A DNA stretch of 63,821 bases, the filler included, from Acidimicrobiia bacterium (GTDB lineage Bacteria; Actinomycetota; Acidimicrobiia; Spongiisociales; JAENVV01), in NCBI GenBank assembly GCA_041577335.1. It is 3 parts of 3 records of this genome, joined end to end, with 100 filler letters (N's around TTAATTAATTAA, not from the genome) between each part and the next. Parts side by side here need not be neighbours in the genome. Positions count along the whole stretch, not along the records: positions 53,046 to 63,821 come from JBFGJH010000084.1; 2 more parts are not named here. One strand, given 5' to 3'. This document shows positions 58,613 through 63,821 of this stretch, in pieces. A program made the position numbers and the translations under genes. Under the pieces are notes generated by a model. It was given only the letters and a program-made list of their open reading frames with translations, ran no database searches and was not told where the DNA came from. Position 1 is the stretch's first letter; the number at the start of each line of letters is the position of its first letter.

Positions 58613-60475
58613 GTGGCAGAGGAAACTGCGACGATCGACGAACGGAAGAAACTCGAGAAGGTCGTCATTCGCTTCGCCGGCGACTCCGGTGACGGCATGC
58701 AGCTCGCCGGGAACCGATTCACGGATGCCTCGGCCGCATTCGGCAACGACCTCGCCACTTTCCCGAGCTTCCCGGCAGAGATCAGGGCGCCCGCGGGGAC
58801 CCTGCCAGGCGTGTCTTCATTTCAGGTTCAAATCGCCGACTTCGACATCCTCACCGCAGGCGACGAGCCCGATGTGCTGGTCGTGATGAATCCGGCTGCC
58901 CTCAAAGCCAACCTCGCCGATCTGCAGCCGATGGGCACCCTCGTCATCAACACCGAAGCCTTCGAGGACCGGAATCTGACCAAAGCCGGATACGAATCGA
59001 ACCCGCTCACCGACGGATCGCTCAACGGCTACAAGGTGATCGAGGTTCCCATGGAGAGCCTCACCAAGGAGGCCGTCAAGGACTCCGGTGTCACCGGTCG
59101 GGACGTGTTGCGCAGCAAGAACATGTTCGCGGTCGGGTTGATGGCGTGGCTCTTCCACCGCCCACTGGAGCCCACGGTTGAGTGGATCACCGCCAAGTTC
59201 GGAAGGAACGAAGCGGTCAAGAACGCCAACGTGTCGGCTCTCAAAGCCGGATACAACTTCGGCATCACCACGGAGGCCACCAAGACAACCCCGTTTGAGG
59301 TCGCGCCCGCCAAGATGGCGCCCGGCGAGTACACAACCATCTCGGGCAACCTGGCGCTGGCCTGGGGGTTGATCGCGGCGTCACAAGCCGCGGAACTCCC
59401 GCTGTTCTATGCCTCGTATCCGATCACACCCGCCTCGGATATCCTTCACGAGCTGGCTCGCCACAAGAACTTCGGTGTGAGGACATTCCAGGCCGAAGAC
59501 GAAATCGCGGCCGTGGGGGCAGCCATCGGCGCCTCCTTTGGCGGTCACCTGGCGGTGACAGGCACCAGCGGGCCGGGGCTGGCATTGAAGTCGGAGGCCA
59601 TCTCATTGGCGTTCATGGCGGAGCTACCGTTGGTGGTGGTGGATGTTCAGCGCGGCGGGCCGTCGACCGGCCTTCCCACGAAACCGGAACAATCGGATCT
59701 TCTTTTTGCGATGTATGGTCGCCATGGTGAGTCGCCCCTTCCCATCGTTGCCGCCGCCAGCCCCTCAGACGCCTTCGCATCAGCCATCGAGGCGGCCCGC
59801 CTGGCCCTGAAATACATGACGCCCGTGATCTTGCTCTCCGACAACACGGTGGCAACCGGGGCTGAGCCCTGGCGACTTCCTGACCTGTCCGAGCTGCCGG
59901 ACATGTCCGTGCGGTTTGCTGAGGGCCCCAACTCGGCCGATGGGCGGTTCCTCCCGTATGTGCGCGACCCGGAGACCTTCGCCCGTCAGTGGGCGGTGCC
60001 CGGAATGCGCGGTCTCGAACATCGGCTCGGCGGTCTGGAAAAAGAAGAAGTCACCGGCAACGTCTCCTACAACCCGCAGAACCATCAGCTGATGACCGAT
60101 ACTCGCGCCTGGAAAGTGGCGAATATCGCCAACGACATTCCGCCACTCGAGGTGGACTCCGACGACGGGGCAGAGATCCTCCTCCTCGGCTGGGGCTCGA
60201 CGTATGCGGTCATTCGAGCCGCATGTAATCGGCTTCGCAAGGATGGCCACAAGCTGGCCAGGGCGCATCTTCGCCACCTCAACCCCTTTCCCCCCAACCT
60301 CGAAGGAGTTCTGCGCAGCTATGAACAAATCCTCATTCCCGAACTCAACATGGGCCAGTTGACTCGGCTGCTCCGAGCAGAGTTCCTCGTGGACGCCGCC
60401 TCGATCCACAAGACGGCCGCCACACCATTCAAGATCACCGAAGTCGAGAACCGAGTCATGGAGATGTTGTCGTGA
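58613..60475 (+). CDS. korA: 2-oxoacid:ferredoxin oxidoreductase alpha subunit
   Basis: FAGDSGDGMQ, AEIRAPAG, YPITPAS, AEDEIAA, QRGGPSTGLPTK. Confidence 0.93.
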   Translation: MAEETATIDERKKLEKVVIRFAGDSGDGMQLAGNRFTDASAAFGNDLATFPSFPAEIRAPAGTLPGVSSFQVQIADFDILTAGDEPDVLVVMNPAALKANLADLQPMGTLVINTEAFEDRNLTKAGYESNPLTDGSLNGYKVIEVPMESLTKEAVKDSGVTGRDVLRSKNMFAVGLMAWLFHRPLEPTVEWITAKFGRNEAVKNANVSALKAGYNFGITTEATKTTPFEVAPAKMAPGEYTTISGNLALAWGLIAASQAAELPLFYASYPITPASDILHELARHKNFGVRTFQAEDEIAAVGAAIGASFGGHLAVTGTSGPGLALKSEAISLAFMAELPLVVVDVQRGGPSTGLPTKPEQSDLLFAMYGRHGESPLPIVAAASPSDAFASAIEAARLALKYMTPVILLSDNTVATGAEPWRLPDLSELPDMSVRFAEGPNSADGRFLPYVRDPETFARQWAVPGMRGLEHRLGGLEKEEVTGNVSYNPQNHQLMTDTRAWKVANIANDIPPLEVDSDDGAEILLLGWGSTYAVIRAACNRLRKDGHKLARAHLRHLNPFPPNLEGVLRSYEQILIPELNMGQLTRLLRAEFLVDAASIHKTAATPFKITEVENRVMEMLS

Positions 60476-61476
60476 CGACCGCTGAATACACACGAACCGA
60501 CTTCCAAACCGATCAAGAGGTGCGCTGGTGCCCAGGGTGCGGCGACTACACAATCCTGGCCTCGATGCAGAAGTACATGGCAGGAGCGGGCATCCCCAGG
60601 GAGAACGTAGTCTTCATCTCCGGTATTGGGTGTGCGGCTCGCTTCCCCTATTACATGGAGACGTATGGGCTCCACTCGATTCACGGTCGGGCCCCGGCCA
60701 TCGCCACCGGCCTCGCCACGGCGCGGCCTGACCTGAGCGTGTGGGTCGTGGGAGGCGACGGCGACATGATGTCGATCGGCGGCAATCACCTCATCCATGC
60801 CCTCCGCCGCAACGTCAACATCAAGATCCTCATGTTCAACAACCAGATCTATGGCCTCACCAAGGGTCAGTACTCCCCCACGTCCGAACAGGGCAAGCTG
60901 ACCAAGTCTTCGCCGATGGGCTCCATCGACCATCCGTTCAATCCCGTTTCGCTGGCACTAGGCGCCGAAGCGACCTTCGTCGCCCGAACCATCGACATGG
61001 ACGCCAAACATACGGGCGCCATGCTGGAAGCGGCGCACAACCACACGGGAGCGGCGTTCGTGGAGATCTATCAGAACTGCAACGTTTTCAACAACCATGC
61101 GTTCATCCATCTCACCGGGAAGGACGAACGGAACCACAACCGCATCTATTTGAACCATGGCGAGCCCATCGTGTTCGGTGTGGACGACGAATCGTGCGTG
61201 GTCATGCGCAACGGCCTGGCAACGATCACCAAGACCGCCAGTGTGGGCGCCGCCGAGATTCTCGTGCACGACGAGACCAACGTGAGCCAGTCCTTTGCAC
61301 TCAGCCGACTCAGCCACGGGCCATCTGGCCCAACGCCCCTCGGCGTGTTCGTCGATCGGAGCCGACCGACATATGAGTCGGAGGTCGATCAGCAACTCGC
61401 CGGGGCTCACGCCAACAAGGGAGCGGGCGACCTTGCGAAGCTGATCCGCAGCCTCGGCACCTGGGTGGTCGAGTAG
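60472..61476 (+). CDS. korB: 2-oxoacid:ferredoxin oxidoreductase beta subunit
   Basis: WCPGCGD, SGIGC, HGRA, GDGD, NNQIYGLTKGQYSPT. Confidence 0.93.
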   Translation: MTTAEYTRTDFQTDQEVRWCPGCGDYTILASMQKYMAGAGIPRENVVFISGIGCAARFPYYMETYGLHSIHGRAPAIATGLATARPDLSVWVVGGDGDMMSIGGNHLIHALRRNVNIKILMFNNQIYGLTKGQYSPTSEQGKLTKSSPMGSIDHPFNPVSLALGAEATFVARTIDMDAKHTGAMLEAAHNHTGAAFVEIYQNCNVFNNHAFIHLTGKDERNHNRIYLNHGEPIVFGVDDESCVVMRNGLATITKTASVGAAEILVHDETNVSQSFALSRLSHGPSGPTPLGVFVDRSRPTYESEVDQQLAGAHANKGAGDLAKLIRSLGTWVVE

Positions 61477-61518
61477 CCCAACCAAGCATTGGTCGCCCGT
61501 CGCCCCGCCGACATTGAG

Positions 61519-61971
61519 TCACTCCGTGAGTTCGACCAGCCTCTCGACGAACTCCCGCTGAGCCGGGTTGAGGGCGATACGGGCGTCGTCAATGCCGAAC
61601 CAGGCGAACCGATCGATCTCGGGGATCTCGATCGTCCTCCCCGACTTGGGCGGCCATTCGATCTCGATGAGGTTGGAGCCGAGATCTGCCGGATCCACGT
61701 CGAGCTCGGCAGCGAATCCCAGGACCTCTTTGCCCGACTTTTGACGGATCGATCCGATCAGAGTGAGGTGGGTGGGGGCGGGGATTCCGGTTTCTTCTTC
61801 GAATTCCCGACGGGCCGCGTGCTCGGCGTCTTCGCCGTCTTCGATTTCGCCTTTGATGAGGCTCCAGGCCCCTTCATGGCGCTTCGCCCAGAACGGCCCG
61901 CCCGGGTGGGCGGCGAGCACCTCGAGATGGGGACTGAAGCGATACAGAAGAATCCCGGCGGACCTCCTCAT
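61519..61971 (-). CDS. NUDIX hydrolase
   Basis: SAGILLY, HPGGPFW, KGEIEDGED..HAARREFEEETG, EWPPKSG, PEIDR. Confidence 0.9.
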   Translation of the reverse strand: MRRSAGILLYRFSPHLEVLAAHPGGPFWAKRHEGAWSLIKGEIEDGEDAEHAARREFEEETGIPAPTHLTLIGSIRQKSGKEVLGFAAELDVDPADLGSNLIEIEWPPKSGRTIEIPEIDRFAWFGIDDARIALNPAQREFVERLVELTE

Positions 61972-62657
61972 TTGGGGACATCGAGGTGCTTGGCCGCCTC
62001 ACGGAACGACAGGCCGGACAGGGCATTGCGATGGTCGACCAGGAAGCGCACTACCTCTTCGGGGGCGACCCTGGCGTAGGTGCGGAGCGCCCAGCCGATT
62101 GCCTTCCGGATGAAGAACTCGGTTTCGTGGCAGCGGCGGAGGCACAAATCGAACAACAGGTCGCGGTCTGTCTCCTCCTTGTGGCGGAGTTGGGAGAGGA
62201 TGGCTGTCCGGCGAATCCACATATGGGGATCATCGATCCAGCGACGGATCACGGGCTCGACCCGCTCGCGATCTTTCTCAAAGGCGCCGCCGACGAGGTC
62301 GGCAGCGATCTGATCCACGAAGTCCCACCATGCCCCTTCTCGAACCAGAGTCTCGTAAAGGCTCAGTGAGGCGGGCTGGACAAATCGTCTGTGGGCCGTG
62401 GCGTAGTCGATGGCCAAGTATTTCTCTTCACGGGTCGGCCGCTCCCACAGCGCCCGGACAACCGCCTCGTAGTCTTCCTGGCCGGCGGGCGGATAGGCAG
62501 TCTTGAGGTGGCGAGCGATCGGCTTACGGTCGGGCGAGCCGACCCCATAGAACGGCATGTCAGTCTTCATGTAGGCCGCCATCGCCGCCGCTCGCTCGAG
62601 GTCGGCGTGAGACGCCAGCTGATTGTCGACGTACGAGAGCAGGCCGGCGATGTCCAC
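61968..62657 (-). CDS. AlkD-like DNA alkylation repair protein
   Basis: AAYMK..MPFYG, WWDFVD, WIRRTAILSQL, EFFIRKAIGWALR, LSFREAAKH. Confidence 0.9.
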   Translation of the reverse strand: MDIAGLLSYVDNQLASHADLERAAAMAAYMKTDMPFYGVGSPDRKPIARHLKTAYPPAGQEDYEAVVRALWERPTREEKYLAIDYATAHRRFVQPASLSLYETLVREGAWWDFVDQIAADLVGGAFEKDRERVEPVIRRWIDDPHMWIRRTAILSQLRHKEETDRDLLFDLCLRRCHETEFFIRKAIGWALRTYARVAPEEVVRFLVDHRNALSGLSFREAAKHLDVPK

Positions 62658-62676
62658 AGAGCTACCGTACCCGGCA

Positions 62677-63189
62677 ATGTCGGCGGTCACCGTCCAATAC
62701 TTCAAGCATCCGGATACCCTTCATTGGCGGCATGAGATGGTGCGCCTCGGTGAGGACGAATACGGCGTTTGGCTGGGAGCGCGCCGAGGGTCCACGATCC
62801 AGCGAGGCGCGGAACCCGCCCAGCGGGCGCCGTGGCACTTCGTGCAACTCCTTCAACCTGGTTCATGGTGGACGCTCATCGCCAACGATCCGACCAGGAT
62901 CCGCTTCTACATCGACATCATCACTCCGCCGGTATGGCAGAGCGCTGAGCTCGTCACCATGACCGACCTGGATCTCGATGTCATCCTCGAGGTCGGAGGC
63001 ACGGTCTACATCGACGACGAGGATGAGTTCGCCGAGCACCAACGAACCCTCCACTACCCAGACCTGTGGATCACCAAGGTCCCGGAGACCGCCGCCGAGA
63101 TGGCGGACCGGATCAGCCGATCAGAGGAGCCGTTTCACTCCGTGGCCGAATCATGGCTGAGCCGGCTGGCGGGCACGGCTGCCGATTGA
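62677..63189 (+). CDS. DUF402 domain protein
   Basis: LHW, LGEDEYGVWL, YIDIITP, DLDLDV, IDDEDEFAEH. Confidence 0.9.
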   Translation: MSAVTVQYFKHPDTLHWRHEMVRLGEDEYGVWLGARRGSTIQRGAEPAQRAPWHFVQLLQPGSWWTLIANDPTRIRFYIDIITPPVWQSAELVTMTDLDLDVILEVGGTVYIDDEDEFAEHQRTLHYPDLWITKVPETAAEMADRISRSEEPFHSVAESWLSRLAGTAAD

Positions 63190-63198
63190 CGGGGTGCT

Positions 63199-63720
63199 TC
63201 ACGCCTCGAAGGAACCAACGGTTTCGCCGTTGACGATCACGGTGTAGGCGCCGTCTTGGAATGACCCGAGCGGCACGGTGACCTCGACGTCTTCGACCTG
63301 AGCGATGCAGGAGGCGGCAGGATCGTTCAGCGGGATCGAGTACACCTCGATGAGGATCTCGTCGCCCACGATTTCGACCTTCCACCCCGCCGAGTCGCAG
63401 GGAGTGGGGATGGTCCCGTCAACCACCACGGTCACCTGGATCGGATAGCTCTCCATGACGAGGACGTCGGCCGAGCTCAGAGTGAAGACACCCTTCTCGA
63501 CGGGCGGTTTCACGGGGTCGGCTCTCGGCACTCCGGGCGGCTCGGCAACAGTCGAACCTGGGGCAGCTCCATTGTCAGGGGAAACTGTGGAATCGGCGGT
63601 GTCGACCAAGGTTGTGGCGCTTTGGCCCGCATCGGTCGGCGCGTCGATGTCTCCGACACCTGAGCCACAGGCCGCCGCACCGATGGCAAGCACCGCTATC
63701 AATATCATCAGTTTCTTCAT
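63199..63720 (-). CDS. Hypothetical lipoprotein
   Basis: MKK + hydrophobic + AAAC lipobox, linker, beta-rich C-terminus with two Cys (ESYPIQV..PTPC..SCIAQ). Confidence 0.8.
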   Translation of the reverse strand: MKKLMILIAVLAIGAAACGSGVGDIDAPTDAGQSATTLVDTADSTVSPDNGAAPGSTVAEPPGVPRADPVKPPVEKGVFTLSSADVLVMESYPIQVTVVVDGTIPTPCDSAGWKVEIVGDEILIEVYSIPLNDPAASCIAQVEDVEVTVPLGSFQDGAYTVIVNGETVGSFEA

Positions 63721-63728
63721 GCCTTTGA

Positions 63729-63754
63729 GACGTCGGCCTGACGGCGCCGGTTCC
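63729..63754 (-). promoter_or_regulatory. Putative ECF (SigE-type) promoter, leaderless transcript
   Basis: Minus strand GGAAC-N17-CGTC ending 8 nt before ATG 63720. Confidence 0.6.
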
Positions 63755-63821
63755 CTAATCGGCTCATGCCATCGCCACGAGTTCGAGCATCGATTCATCG
63801 AAATACTCGTGTGCCCCGTCC

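Overview
High-GC chromosomal DNA of an actinobacterium, inferred to be Acidimicrobiia-like from gene content (WhiB, SigE/RseA, SCO1664-DUF3090-MSMEG_4193 cluster, UPF0182, but System I ccm genes). The window is three contigs joined by artificial 100-nt N/TTAATTAATTAA/N linkers (26430-26529, 52946-53045), so adjacency across the linkers is unproven. Content is mostly housekeeping: sdhCAB, whiB, tatA-sigE-rseA-rseB, moaE, an acyl-CoA ligase plus HAAT-type ABC operon, bioY, rnpB, katG, trpD, a complete ccm operon, a two-component system, a desaturase, glgC and korAB. No phage, transposase, CRISPR, rRNA or tRNA was seen. Main signals: (1) a selenoprotein split by the ORF caller, a thioredoxin-fold lipoprotein with in-frame UGA in a W-U-P-T-C motif and a SECIS-like hairpin, which shares an identically spaced OmpR-type direct-repeat box with the response regulator on the other side of the ccm operon; (2) a DivIVA/coiled-coil protein ending in a phage MuF-like domain with no phage context; (3) an AbiEi/DUF559 nuclease gene ending in tandem palindromic repeats, plus a dispersed REP-like family; (4) GGAAC-N17-CGT(T/C) ECF promoters, an uncalled ccmD, and frequent leaderless starts. 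All family assignments come from motif recognition by eye; no database search was run.
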